Assembly (NCBI RefSeq): GCF_009914755.1
Contig: NC_060935.1
Reading direction: 5' to 3' (one strand)
From: the human T2T-CHM13v2.0 reference genome, Homo sapiens
DNA: 64,000 bases
The notes under the pieces: model-generated
The model's input: only the letters and a program-made list of their open reading frames with translations
The model's database searches: none
What the model was told of the DNA's origin: nothing
In this document: positions 28,035 to 43,291 of the stretch, piece after piece
Layout: each line of letters opens with the position of its first letter
Position numbering within the stretch: position 1 is the first letter of the stretch
Position numbers and translations under genes: made by a program

Positions 28035-28340
28035 GATCTCTTTCTCTGTGATGACTCTCCCAGTTCTGCTCTTCTCAGTATATTGGCTTCATTATCAAGC
28101 CAGCTCTTTCATAATGGCAAAGTAACCGCTGCAGTTCCAGCATTCACATCTACATCCTATGCAGACCAGAGGAAGAGTGTCTTCTCCACTAGCTCTCAAA
28201 GAGCAACAGAGTCTCTCCCTAATTAGCCCCCTGAAACTCTCCCTTATGTTTTATCGCAACAAATTGGGTCATAGTCCCATTTGGAACCAATCCTTCTGCC
28301 TGAGGGAATGTCATGCGTTGAGTTTCTTAGTTTGGGCTTT
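28035..28340 (-). mobile_element. MLT1J/K-like LTR fragment
   Basis: 'ttggcttcatt...atggcaaagtaaccgctgcagttccagc...aattgggtcatagtcccatttggaaccaatc'. Confidence 0.6.
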
Positions 28341-28353
28341 TGGGAGTTAGGCT

Positions 28354-28454
28354 AGAGTTGGGGAATTACTTTTAAGGTGAGGGAAATATCTGAGCAAGTG
28401 TTCAGAAGCTTGCTCAAACTATTTCCCTCACCTTGAAAGTAACTCCCCAACTCT
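28354..28454. repeat. 101-nt near-perfect palindrome (45/46-nt arms)
   Basis: The left arm AGAGTTGGGGAATTACTTTTAAGGTGAGGGAAATATCTGAGCAAG matches the reverse complement of 28409-28454 with 3 substitutions and 1 indel. Confidence 0.93.
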
Positions 28455-28772
<318 letters not shown>

Positions 28773-28821
28773 TCATTCACTCACCTCTTCTCTCCATCAC
28801 CACATTCTCTCACTCTCTCTC

Positions 28822-30816
28822 TTTTTTTTTAGGTTTTTCCAAGAATATGTAAAATGAGACTTGGAGTTTAATTAAAATCAGAACAGGGATACATTAAACA
28901 AACAAACAAAAAATACTTTTCTGATTATCAATTCTTGAGACTCAAAGCATCCCCCAAAACATTGGATATCCAGCTTATTCCTGAGAGACATCAACCATCA
29001 CAAAATATTTTCACTCTGAACTATTCACATTTTTGTAGCAGAAAACAGAACAAAGTTCTGCAGACATCCTTTCTCTCTTCTTTCTAAAATGTATTCACAG
29101 ACAGGGTCTTTTCATAGTTCAAAAGAAAAACAGGTTTCTTTCTTGGCCAAATGGCCTTCTACTCTCACCCTGGGATCTGATTTCTTAATAAGAAAGTTCA
29201 GGGCACCAAATCCAGCCAGAAATTCCCAGGACACCATTGGCTACTTAACTATGAGGGGATGGATGCTTTAGTCTTTCTATGAGGGGAGTCGTTCTCCCGG
29301 GATTATTATGTCAGTCGATAGTCCCTGGACAGGTAGGTGGGAAGGAGGGTGAATGCAAAAGCTAAAGGGTCAGAGAAAAGAATGAGGCTTTTATGAACAA
29401 CTCATAGCAAGGCAGAATGGTCCAGTTTTACAAACCACCCACTGCAGACTCCAAGCATGCACACCCAAAAACTAGAGGGGAAACGAAAGAGTTCCTGGGG
29501 GACAAGGGGATACAAAACATGGTGACATAGAACAGCAGGCTCGCCTATGAACATTTCTCACCTTGCTAACACTGGAAGATGTTTAACTAAAAGGTTGCTG
29601 TTCAAAATTGTACTGAAAACATATCTAAAAATAGGTCTGTCATCATCTTAAAAATAAACGGTCACTTCTCAGATAAGAGGAGTGACAGATGTTCTCATAT
29701 ACCAACACTTGAGGTATATTTGATGTAAATTTGAAAAATGGCCTGGTAGAGAGAAAGGAAAGAAAGGAAAGAGGAAGACAGTGAGGGAGGTAGGGAGGGA
29801 AATTCAGAGTACAATAGGAAAGGCAAGAAAACTGGTAGGAACACATTTTTTAAGCCCGTGCTTATCTATCCCAGCAGCCAAACAAAGCAGATCCAGAAAG
29901 GAAAAAAATGCAGTTTTTTTTCTAAGAACATTCTGAAAATCAGCTTCAAACTCAAAACATTAGAAACTGCAATCTGAGAACAACTATCACAAGGCTCACT
30001 GGACTTAAACATGACGACTAAGACTGGGCACTCAAATGGGTCAACGCTCTTCAGAGGTCATTCTTAGGCGTTATCTGACACAATACTATGATCAGGCCTT
30101 ACCCACCAAGTAAAGGCTAAAGTGACTCTATTACTTGGTACGGACCTGCTCTAGAAGCAGACAAAATCACCTCGCTTTCTTGAAGTACAAGAGGACTCTG
30201 CCAGCAACAAGATGCAAGCAAGAAGGAGTGGCAGAAGAAGAACAAAACTGGTTACCAAAGGCTCTTTTCTGATGCACAGTGTTAAACATACCTGCACAAA
30301 TGCTCTAAGTAAAAGAACGGGAAGATGAACTATAATACCAAAGACAGAAGACATTCCTCCTCGAGGAAAGAAGGGAAGGGGACCTCAAAACAGTGTCACA
30401 GGGTAATGCTACCAGAGTTGGCCAAACTGTGCTCTGTTCCGAGGGACAAATACCTCAAGGTGAAAGGGAAAGCAGCTCTCTTTTTATCATTTCCCCTTGC
30501 TGGCTTTAAAGACCCCAAGCCCAGACTCTTGCAACACTGAACCATAGGTGGGATGCAGGGAGGAGAGACAGAGGGTAAGGAACATGAATGGTGTTAGGCC
30601 CACAAAGCTTCTGTATCCCTTTCCCAGACTTCCCAGCCAGGCAGTTGTTGGTCGTTGATATTTGATTTGGGACAAAATTGCAAGGTATGAGGGTGGCTCT
30701 CAAAAAAACAACTAGGAAAGCCAGAGTTTAACTGTTTTCCTCTAAACTGAGCTCTACAGAAATACACCAAGAGCCTTCAATCTAACCTGTTTAAGTGGGA
30801 AGGGGAACAGGAGACA
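28822..30816 (-). pseudogene. Processed retrocopy consisting only of mRNA 3'UTR-like sequence (~2 kb), apparently inserted in an L2
   Basis: Poly-T at 28822-28830; ATTAAA on the minus strand at 28867-28872; ~2 kb with no repeat I recognise and no long ORF; L2 resumes after TTT/AAA at ~30817. The sequence reminds me of the ZFP91 3'UTR, but I have not verified this. No clear TSD. Confidence 0.7.
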
Positions 30817-31040
30817 TTTAAAGGCTTAGCTCTAGAATCACCTCCTTCAGGATCATTTCCCCTACACACAGATTGCTTCAGGTGCTCTTCTCCTTCCTGT
30901 TCCTCCATTGTAGCACTTGACAGTGTTACATGGTTGGTGGTTTGTGTGTTTCTTTTTCTCCTAGTTGTTTATGCTACTGAATTAGCAGCATGTAGTGCAG
31001 CCACACTTAGTAAATGATCCACATTTATGTGTTGAAGATA
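30817..31040 (+). mobile_element. L2 3' fragment
   Basis: 'aaggcttagctctagaatcacctccttcagga...tagcacttgac'. Confidence 0.6.
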
Positions 31041-31449
31041 ATTGGTGAAATGAAATAACTTTAGCTTTAATGGTGGAAGCCTTGCTTGAGGCTTACTGGA
31101 ATTATTGCATCTGATCAGAAGTAGCCATTGACTCAGAATTGTTTTATATAAATCCTTCCCATTCCTCTCTTTCTCTTGTCTTCCACCTCCCCTTCCTCCT
31201 CTATTACACGCAATGTATATCGGAAAATTCTAAGCACATCTGACTACTGATATTCAAGAGATTTGACCATAGAATTTTGGAATAAGTTGCTTCATTTTGG
31301 AGTCACATTGAATGTGAAAACCTGAGAATGCATATTTTTGGGCTGGCATCTAATCATTAATAGCTGTGCCTTTTCTCAAGCACTTCAAATTTCTGAATTA
31401 ATACATGATTTATATATATCTGAATTGTAAATAGTATAAAAGAGCCTCA

Positions 31450-31625
31450 TCTGCTTTGGTTCAAACTGCAGCCCTAACTCTCATCAGTTGTATGAATTTG
31501 AGCAATTTACTTAACTTCTTAATGCTGTTTCTTCATCTGTAACAGAGCTGTTGTGAAGATTTAATGAGATAATAAAAATAGAGCATTGGGAATGATGCTA
31601 TGTGTAATAAGTGCTCAATAAACCT
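31450..31625 (+). mobile_element. MIR
   Basis: 'gagcaatttacttaacttc...tttcttcatctgtaa...taagtgctcaataaa'. Confidence 0.8.
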
Positions 31626-32069
31626 GAACTTTTAATTCTATTATTCTAAAGTAAAACAATGAATTCCACCATAGACTCAAGGTGTCATTATTTTTAAGTG
31701 ATGTTTGTATATTAATTTGTTATGTATCCTAAAGCTTGAATCATTTATGCCTTCATGCTTTTTAAAATTCATACCATTTTCATCTTGGTCTTTTCTCCAT
31801 ACATTCACCTATTAGATATTTTTAAATTTTATTTTTTCATTCATTTATTCATCCATGGCAAGGCTACATACCAAAGTCTTCACTCTTAAATTTTCTGTAA
31901 GTCTCTCTCCCTCTCTGCTATCTCACTGGTATCCTGAGGGCTGTTGGTCACTACCACCTTCCCAGCTCCCACAAAACAGAAAAAAAAAAAAATAGATTCA
32001 AAGAAGCCCTGGTTCAAAGAATAAGACAGAAAAACTTGGAGGTTTGCCAGCAAAGTTGGATACATAGAA

Positions 32070-32225
32070 GCTCATTTGATCCATTCAATAATCCTATGAA
32101 TTAGACACTATTATTACCCCGACTTTACATATAAGGAAACTGAGTCAAAGAGCAGTTAGGTAGCTTGACCAAAGCCAAACAGAAAGTGGAAGAGAGAGAA
32201 ATGAAATCCAGGTTGTCTAGCTCCT
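32070..32225 (-). mobile_element. MIR
   Basis: 'ctttacatataaggaaactgagtc...cttgaccaaagcc'. Confidence 0.75.
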
Positions 32226-32558
32226 CAGTTGGACAAAAATCATCTCATCCTTATTCTGGAATGACTCATTATTCAGTTCAAGGGAGAGGCAGAAAAATAG
32301 ATATAACATAGGTAAGTATTAAAAATATGGATTAATGAAAAATGCTCAGAAAGCAGAGAGGAGGGAATGGCCAACTATCAGGGACATCCAGTCCTATCCT
32401 GAAGGATAAATGGATTTTCCAGGTGGAAAGGGGTGTGCAAACACTGTGGGCTACAGGAACAATGTGTGCAAAGACCAGGGAGGTAGAAGAGCCTGATTCA
32501 GTTTAAGGAATGCCAGAGGGCTGTTTGGATGTCTACACAGAAGGAGACATTGGAGACA

Positions 32559-32770
32559 TGACAGTGGACACATACCCCAAAATATGGCACATTGGCATTT
32601 AAGAAAACAGCAGAATTAGGAAGGTCATCCCCACTTTACCCTCACCCTTCTTTTCTGAAGTAGGTCAGAAGTCCATTATTGAGGTGCCCTCCTTAAACTC
32701 AGAATAAAGAAATATTCTTATCTCTGAAGACACAAGGACACAGAGAAGCTGAACAAACAAGTCTTGCTAA
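32559..32770 (+). mobile_element. MER31-like LTR, 5' part only
   Basis: 'taccccaaaatatggcacattggcatttaagaaaacagcagaa...gaacaaacaagtcttgctaa'. Confidence 0.7.
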
Positions 32771-33030
<260 letters not shown>

Positions 33031-33041
33031 TTAGGAGAGAT

Positions 33042-33156
33042 AGGGCCTGTTATCTGTCATGTGATGTTATACCAGAGTTAGGCTGGACTTGGTATCTTAT
33101 TGCTACAAAGAGTTTATTCTGTGAGTCTAAGGATCTCTACTTTAATGTTAATGCTG
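33042..33156 (-). mobile_element. MER4-family LTR segment in inverted orientation
   Basis: The reverse complement reads 'cagcattaacattaaagtagagat...ctctttgtagcaataagatacc...catcacatgacagataacaggccct', which I recall as MER4 sense sequence. Confidence 0.75.
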
Positions 33157-33174
33157 CCTCAAAAAAAAAAAAAA

Positions 33175-33610
33175 GACATTTACTATCTACTCTTTCTGAA
33201 GCCTGCTTACCTGGAGACTTCATCTATATAACAAGAACTTTGGCTTCCATAAGCCCTCTATTTTAACCCTAAGCATTTCTTTTTGCTGATTTTAACTCTC
33301 TAGGCAAAGCTTAACTCATTCAAGCAATTGCAAATCAGGAAATCTTTAAATCCACCTAAGACCTGGAAGCTCCTGCTTTGAGATGTTCCAGCTTTCTGGG
33401 CCAAACCAATGTATTACTTACATTTATTGATGTATGTCTTTGCCTGTAACTTGTGTTTGCCTAAAATGTATAAAATCAAGCCATAACACATACACTTTGG
33501 GCCCATGTTCTCAGGGCCCCCTGAGGCTGTGTCACAGGTCATGGCCCTTACATTTGGCTCAGGATAAACCTTTTCAAATATTTTACAGAGTTTGGCTTTT
33601 TTCATCAACA
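33175..33610 (+). mobile_element. MER4-family LTR, 3' part
   Basis: 'ctgaagcctgcttacctggag...tttcaaatattttacagagtttggcttttttcatcaaca' terminus. Confidence 0.85.
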
Positions 33611-34363
33611 TGGGGGCAAAGGCTAAATATACTTTATATTGTACCACGAGGGCTATAAATCCTGATGAGTAATCTATTGTCTGAAGAGGGAGCTGGTTGT
33701 GCAGTCTGTTGTTCAGATAAATGTATTTTTAGGAAGTTTCTTTGTCAACCAATAACATTATTTGTAACTTAACCTCATTGGGTGAGAATTTCCCAAAATA
33801 GTAAAGTGCTGTTACTATAGACATTTCTAATTCTTAATCCTATTAAGCTGTGTGGTTGATACAGGTTAATATAGGAAGGGTCCCTCCTACCGCCAGATTT
33901 TTTTTTTTTAACTAAGAAAATATATTTAAAGCATTAGCAAAAAGTAAAAATTCTAACACTTAGCAATGTAAACCTATGTAAGTTTAAAATAGGTAAAGGT
34001 AAAAATTAAGAAACAATTGCTTCAGTCCAGGTAAAATTTAGTACATTCAAGAACAAGGTTCATGGCAATGGGAATGGATAGGAAAGATATAGTCAAGTAT
34101 TGTTCAGAATATGAAACTTAGAGGACATTATAGATTGAATGGGGAGGGTGAGGAGAGGGAAAGTGTGACCACCACAGCCATTTGGATGAATGATAAAGCT
34201 GCTTACTAAGATACAGAATGGAGAAGATGAAGCAGATTTTGAGGAATGAACTTAATTTTGGATACACTGCTGTTATTTGAAGGGACAGAAATGAAAAGGC
34301 ACTCTCTCTCACTTTCTCTCTCTCTCTCTCCCTCTCTCTCTCTCTACATATATATATATATAC

Positions 34364-34685
<322 letters not shown>

Positions 34686-35362
34686 TAAGTGTAGTCTTTG
34701 CTGGGACACATTTAATTGAGGAGGCAGTTGGGAACACATGTCTGGAGCTCAGGATAGTAGTAAAGCCTGGTGGTCAAAGCAGAATAAAGATCAATGCTGT
34801 GGCTCAGTGGATGGTAGCATCTGTCCTTGCCCTGCCCTTGCGGGATTGTAATGTATTGTGTGTGTATTAAAGTTGCTAAAGCATTGAGACTTGTTCATTT
34901 TATTAATTCAATGAAACTAATCAGGCATCACCATGGTTAATAACCCTCCTTGTAAACCACAGCAGGAAATTTTCTGATTCTAGGCAGAACACAATGGCCA
35001 TAAATTTTGCACTATGAATTATAGAAGAATGCAGAAATCCTATGCCAGTCCTTAACTGAGCAACCACAGGAGGGCTAATTGTCTGCAATCCTCTCTCTTC
35101 CTCATGCTCAAGGTCTGGGAACTAATTTCAATTGCTGATTAAAATGGTCATTTCCTCCCTTGTATTTCAGTGTTCATAACTACATCCTTAGAATTCCACA
35201 AATTCCATCAAGTGTTAGGAGTGATGGAGCTGTATAGTAAGGATAAGTCTTTCACCCAGTACTGAGGACACAGAGCTAATAATGAATAGGAAAGGATGCA
35301 AGGGGCATGCTGAAAAGTTAGAGGCTACAGTGGCTAGGCCAGTTTCACCATGATGTAGTAAC

Positions 35363-35983
35363 TGTTGGAGTTCAGAAAGTAATACCCCGAAGGATGACGC
35401 TATGGCATGCTGAACACTTTGAACTACAGTGAATTATAAGAACTTAGAAGCAGCCCCAGAACCAAGGACTTTTCAACATTCTCCTGTGTTTCCCCCTAAG
35501 TACAGGGTGGAAATCTCTCTCTCTGAAGTTCCAGTATCTGAAGTTTGGAATACAATTGCCTTCAGTCCCCTCCCTGAAATTGTATTAACCAGAGAATATT
35601 AGATTCATATCTCGGAAAGGAAGACTGAGGAATGTCACCACACCTAGACACTTTGACACAGGCTATTGTTTTCCAGTCCCATTCAATTTCCAAAGAGAGT
35701 TACTTACAAACTATCATTTATTCTTTGGGCTCAAACAACTCTCCTGAAAATAATTTACTGCCATTCAAAAGTGCTTATATTCCCCCATTTCCCTATCTCC
35801 TGTAAAGAGAGTATTTAAGCATCAACCATTTGGCCCTTCTTTGAGTATCGTACCTTGCTTGGCTCTTGTGCACACTTGCACATTAATACATTTATGTGTC
35901 CTTTCTCCTGTTAATCTATTGCCAGTCTATTGCAGCAGACTTGAAACTTCAGATAAAGGAAAAAGTTTCCTTTGCCTCTTACA
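35363..35983 (+). mobile_element. MER39-like ERV1 solo LTR
   Basis: TGTTGG...CTTACA termini; perfect 4-bp TSD TAAC. Confidence 0.8.
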
Positions 35984-36409
35984 TAACCAATATTCTAGCC
36001 AAGGGAAAAAATTTCTTCATTCTTCTTCAATGTTTACTCTAAGATATAAGCCAGGAAGCTCCTAACACTTTTATGAACCTTAGAATCAAGTAAAAGAAGA
36101 TCTTAAATTAAAGACTTCTGAAAAACTGAGGTTAAGTCCAGACGACTTATTCAACTCAGAGTCTTGAATAAAGCAACTAGCGGCAACCTCCAAAATTCAG
36201 ACTCTTTCTGAGTACTCTTACACATCCAAGGTCAAAGGAAAGGGCTTTAGTATGGATTTTCATTTCTTTCTCTCTATGAAACTGGATTTGTTACCTGTGA
36301 TCAAAGTTAAAGAGGTATTTACACTTGAAGGCCTACAAGCCTTCTAAAAATATTGTCTGCAAAATTTTTATTTAACTCATTTTTAAACTTATTCATTATT
36401 GTTAAAATA

Positions 36410-36605
36410 GTAGAAAACGGATTAGAGTTGAAGGCAGATAAACTGAATTCTAATTTTAGCATTTCTTCATTCATCTAAGCAACATGTTTGCAAATCTATG
36501 TAACACTGGGCAAGTGATGGAACTTCCAATATGCCTCGACTCTTTCTTCACAAAATGAGTGAGTGAGATTAGATGATGTCTAAGTTCATTCTAGCACCAA
36601 TATTC
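36410..36605 (+). mobile_element. MIR/MIR3 fragment
   Basis: 'tgggcaagtga...gattagatgatgtctaagttcattctagc'. Confidence 0.55.
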
Positions 36606-36787
36606 TTTTATAAAATTAAAGATGAGTTCTATTGGGAAAAGAATAATCCTACTGAATTGTATTTATCTCTTAAAAAAACCAAATGTCACATAAATAAATA
36701 AAAAATGGTGTAATGGTGAAACATTAATAAAGATACCAAGTCAGAAAGAACTGAGCTTGTCAATAAAACCTAAAAAGTGGCAGATGC

Positions 36788-37089
<302 letters not shown>

Positions 37090-37467
37090 TCAAGGTAGTG
37101 CCATGAGAATTCCAAAGCTTTTAGTCTGAAAGATGCTTAATTTATATGTCTTACAGTTGGAATTCTATTAGGAAAATAGTGGGGATTTTTGTATAGATTT
37201 TCTAACCCTACCAAATTCTTAATTCTTAATAATAAAACAGAGGAGAAAATTAAAACAGAGCCAGAGCTGAAACAAGCATCAGAAATACTGTTTTGCTTAA
37301 CCATGTATTTTCTTTTCTCAACCATATTTCTATTCCACTGCAAGGTGTATAGTCGTCTAGGTTATAACAATAACAAGTCACAAACACTGTTAAGCACAGC
37401 TATGTGCCGAAGAGTCTGTTAAACGCTGTACACAGTTTCACACTGGATTTTCACAGAAATTCTATAA

Positions 37468-37833
<366 letters not shown>

Positions 37834-38078
37834 TGAAGTCCTTTTAAGTAACTTGCTTAGGGACACACTACATAGCTAGGAAGCATCAGAGTTATAATTC
37901 AAATCCAAGCCTCTCTGTGCTTAAAGTCAGAGTTCTTGTTTCTATCCATATTTCACACTTTCTTTTCCTCGTCTCTATAGAACAGTGGATGCCATAATGA
38001 TCAGTGCTGACTCAAAGGGAAAAGAGAGCTGTTCTAGGTATGAATTATAGGCACATGGTGTCCTTAAGAGAACCTGGT

Positions 38079-38449
<371 letters not shown>

Positions 38450-38527
38450 TTACTGACTAGAATTTTACCAGTTATTTAATCCAATATAAAATATAACATC
38501 ATTTCACATAATGAACAACACATGGGT

Positions 38528-39040
38528 AATGAGGTTCAGAACATACCACCCCAATACATGACTATAGGAGACAAGAATATGCCACTGTAAAAATATGCCT
38601 CTTTGGCGTATTGATTGTTTTGAGCTGGTTTGAGAAACTACAGACAGATAAGCTCTGAAAGGCTATCCTTTTGTAAAGAAATGTACATTCATAGAGGAAA
38701 TTTTCATTAGTAAAGTTATCTGTATCAGGAAGAGAGCTACTCTGAGACAACTTTTGTCACCTGAGAGATTTTTATCTGAATAACAAGGCAACTTTTATTC
38801 ATTGTATATTTCCCTCCTTTACCCTCCCGGAATTTGTCTCTATCAGCCCCTAGAGGCCACAAAATCCTATTCGTTTTTGCAGCTCAAAATGATATATAAA
38901 ACTCAATCATCTGGGTGCTTCTTTGAACCTCATATTTTTGTGAAACTCCTGTGTGTACGTTTGCAATTAAAATTGTTTTTCTCCTGTTAATCTGTCTTTT
39001 GTCAACTTTATTTGTAGACCAGCCAAAGAACCTCAAGGTC
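38528..39040 (+). mobile_element. MER34-like ERV1 LTR
   Basis: 'gaatatgccactgtaaaaatatgcctctttggc...ttttgagctg'...ATTAAA...'tctcctgttaatctgtcttttgtc'. Confidence 0.65.
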
Positions 39041-39799
39041 TGTCTCATGGTGAGTCATTTGCAGAAACAAGGCAGAAATCTGGTCCATCATTTGGCCATA
39101 TGGTCTTTTAGACCTATCATTGTTCTGGGAAAGTAAAAGGTGATTCATTTCTCACTATTATTTTTTTCTGTGTGATCCAGCCTTTCATGTGTAAATTAGG
39201 GGCTCCTTCTGCATGTGAATAGGAGTGGCGGGAAACAGACTGTTAGCTGTGTCTCCTGATCTGTAAGATTTGGATAATTTTTCCATAAACCACCATTTGA
39301 GAATATAATTCCATGCTTACTACTATAAAAATCTGAAAAGTCTTGAGGTACTCACAGCCTTATGGTCACTCATAGCTCTGAACCTCAGCGTCCAGGGACT
39401 TAGGGGTGTTCATGGGTTTATCTTAATATCATGCTTCTCCTGGCTTTGTTTTATACCTTATTAGCCAAAAACATCAACTTCAGACCTTTCTTCACATTCA
39501 ACTTTAAAAAAGATCTTCTCTCAAGGGCTTTATGTAAAGCTGATTATGCTAAAAATTTGGACTGGTGCTGATGACAGAGGAAGGATTTACATCTCAGCAA
39601 CATAAGCAACCAAAAGTTAAACATTAGATATTTGTGTTCATAAAATTTCATCAGCCACTTTGCTGCAGGGGATGTGAATTCACTGTTTTAAAATGCATAG
39701 TTCCTGCTTGGGTGGTTTCTCCATTTCTCCATTCCAGTTTTTTATCCTTCTCTCCTCTGATCCTGAAGTCCCTATTCTTTTCTCATATACATACCATAT

Positions 39800-40210
39800 T
39801 AGTGCATGCAGTCCTGAACTCAACCATAGCACCTGTGTCTCTTTGCCTGAGTGTTTTGTCTGGTCATCTCAGTCAGCCCCATGCATATGATTATGCATGT
39901 CTTAGGCCAAAATTACTGGACAATATCCCCTCCTCAGATAATTCTTAACCGATAATTGATGGATACCCATGCGTAGATAACCCAGGTCCCTTACCCTTGG
40001 TTTAGGTGACTCTGAGCCTATGTTCTAAAGGGAGTCTTAGAATCCTTCAGCATGTTTAAGCTCTCGTTGCTAATACATGTTTGACTGGTTTATTTCTCTT
40101 CTCAGTCTCTCACTCCCCTACCAGTGTTTTACGAGTTCGCCTCCCATATAAGCCAACTGTTCTCAGATCTTTGTTTCAGGGTCTGCTTCTGGGGGAATCA
40201 AAAATAAGAA
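39800..40210 (+). mobile_element. LTR16-like ERVL LTR
   Basis: 3' end 'cctcccatataagcc...ctttgtttcagggtctgcttctgggggaatcaaaaataaga'. Confidence 0.65.
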
Positions 40211-41156
40211 ATGCCCACTTGAAAGATTTGTGAGTTAATTCCCTAAACATGGTTTTCTCCCTAAAAGGAATTAGGATGCAAATTGTTAAGATAAAATATT
40301 TATTTTTCCCTTCTGCTCTAAGTATACTTGTCAGAAAGGTTTCCTAATATAATCAACATGCTATTTGGGGGGTTAAAACAGCAGTGACTCTGAAAGTGTG
40401 AGGTAACCAAGGCATGCTGATTTATCCTGATCTTCCCATAAAAATGGCATTTTATTTAGAGCATCAGTACTCTTATGCTGAAGAATCACATGTCAAGAGA
40501 TATCAAGGCTTAAGTTGAAAATGCCAGTAAGAGTATACCTCATATGTGCTTCTCAAGGAAATCCATTTTAATTCCAAGGTGAAGTTTGAGAATCATGATT
40601 CTTCTCAGCTTTATGATAATTTAGGAAATAGTAATTCAGCATTTACTATGTGTTCAGCACCATGCGAGACCTAGAAAATATAGAGATAAAAGTAACATAT
40701 TAGGTGCCCTGCAGGTGTTCATATTCTAATGGAGCAGACAGGCTTTAATCAGCTATGTTAATTCAATGTGGTAAGGGCTCTACTGGAAGGATGCATAAAC
40801 ACCATTTTAGCAGGGTGTTTAGTCTTTGCATGAAACACATACTTAACAATGGCTTACTGGATAAATGGAAGAACAAAATGAAGCCTTTCTAGGTGAGGAA
40901 TGGAGTTTCCGTACTCTCTTAGATACTTCTGAAATTGTCCTGGGAAACTTGTGTCAATAATCTTTGTGCACAGACATAAAAATTCAGGTTTCAACTTTAA
41001 TCAAGGATGTTTTAGAGTGTCAGAACCAGGAATGACTTAGAGATTATCTAATTCATTTAGTGAAAAAAATATAAAAGCTAATGGAATATTCCAAGGTCAA
41101 ATAGAAAAATCATCCAGTTCTATCCTATCATCTTTTACATAAAGCCTTTTCCATAT

Positions 41157-41190
41157 CACACACACACATACACACACACACACACACACA
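41157..41190. repeat. (CA)n microsatellite
   Basis: Seen directly. Confidence 0.95.
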
Positions 41191-42439
41191 GAGACACGCC
41201 CACACAGTCATACTCCTCTACTCAAACAAGTAAAAATTTGAATTAGAAAAAATAAAGCACCACATTTAGCTAAAGTTTTCTCCAATGTTTTCCAGGGAAA
41301 GAGGAAATTAGTACAATTGAACCATTTCAAATATTACAAGACCAGTGTATGACACAATGCAATTGGATTTAGAATAATAGCCTAGGTTGCTTACAAAAGT
41401 CCACAGATTACTGTTTTGGGGACAACCTCAAGATTGCCTTTATGTTGAAGAAGATCCTGGTTTATATCTTCAGTTTTTCAGGAAATGTACTGTTTATCTC
41501 TCTATTTTTCAGGGAATTTCCCATCATTAAATCTCTAAAAGAGAAAACAAACCCTTCTGGAATTTTATTTTGCTGTTAATTTAAAAGGGAGAGAAAGAGA
41601 ATGCAGTAAAAATTTTAATTAAAACTGTAGCATTTGGAAGTGCATGGGTTAAGGTTACACTGCATTTATAGGAAAGCTCTTTCCAGCTTTGAAAAAGGAG
41701 AAATAATTGCATTGCCAGATTGTGAAGATATGTATTGACAGTAGTGTGAGATGCTCTTGATATAGATTGCCATTGACTTGAATAACTGGCATTTTGCTTA
41801 AAAAATGTGATGGAGCATTGACCAGACAAATGCAGGAAGAAAAATGGGGCTAGAGAAATGGTTTAATCATGTTTTAAAAACATGATTAGCAGGTTGAAGA
41901 AGAAGCAAAAGTTTTTCTTCATTTATGCAGCAAGAAGACAAGAGTTAGAGTTTCTTAAGATGGCCCAAAAGTTTCTGTATTAAATCATTTGAATGATATA
42001 CATAGATCTAGAAAAGAATGCTCTTTTCAGAAGTTTTACAAATGGAATGGAAGTGACTGGCCCGACGAGAATTAGGTGAAAGATGAATGTGTGAGTCTGA
42101 CAGTAGAGAAGCCAGAGGGTTCATATACTAATGAAGTATCTGATTTTAGTGGAGAGGAAGAAGCATTTTTTTTCTTTTTTGTCCAGAAGTAGTTGAGAGT
42201 GATGGCTTAAAAGGCTTCGCTTGCTAATTTGAAGTGATAGCAGTTTAATAAATCACATCTCCCCAAATCAGAATTATATTGAGCAATCAAATAGCAAATC
42301 TTGAGTTTGAAAGTTCATGCAACCAAGTAGATGTCAATACATAGATACAGAATACAAATACCCAGAAAGTCAGAATCAGACCTTAACTATCCTTTTATTT
42401 TCACTAAGCTGGGCCTGTATAAGTAGGCAATAGCCATTT

Positions 42440-42910
42440 TGCTAAATCCATATTGAGTGCCAACCATGTTCTAGACTCTGTGCTGGGCTGAGGATACAAG
42501 AGAGTTTATATTCTGGTAAAGGAAGACATTTAAGATGAACTAATACATTAGATGCAGTGAAAAAGTGCAATATCGAGGTACTATGACTGGTGCAACTAGA
42601 AAGAATATTAGTAAAAGAATGATCTGAACAGGTGGATCAGAGAAGCCTTCACAGAAAAGAAAATGGTGGATTAGTTTCTTAAAGAAACAGTAGGAGATCA
42701 CTAGGTGAATGAGTAGTGTCAGGGCCAGCCAGGCAGAAAGAGCAGGCTTTGTAAAGCCACAGTGGCATGATGTAGTATCTTATATTCGGAGAATTACAAG
42801 AAATTCTATATTGCCGAAGAGAAGGATGCAAGGGCAGGAGAGTGGGTAGGGGAGTAATTTTGACAAGAGATATGGCTGGAAAGTTAGGTAGGAGCTAGAT
42901 CACTGAATTT
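42440..42910 (-). mobile_element. L2 fragment
   Basis: 'tattgagtgccaaccatgttctagactctgtgctggg...ggatcagagaagccttcacagaa'. Confidence 0.65.
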
Positions 42911-43291
42911 CCTTGCTAGACAAAGTTTGTTGCTAAACTTTAACAAACTAACTTGCTTTGCTGCACTGAGAAAGTCTCAATACAATTTATATGGCTGGCT
43001 GTGTTTTGATGGGTCATTTTAAGAATGTGGAGCTATCAGGTTGTCTAGAAAACAATTCCGATGGTGGAAATAAAGGAGTGATGAGCTCTGGGCTACAGAG
43101 CTCTTGAAGGAGACCTTCACACATAATGAACTTATTTGAAGTCAAAAAAATTGACAGTGGGAACCGTGCTTGACATTATGAAATATAGGGAAGTGATGTT
43201 AGGCCAGTAAGTATGTTTTGGTATGACACAACGTATATTTGTTTCTCTGGGTTACATGGGAGCTTTATCTTCAGGAGAAAGCTCAAGGTGG

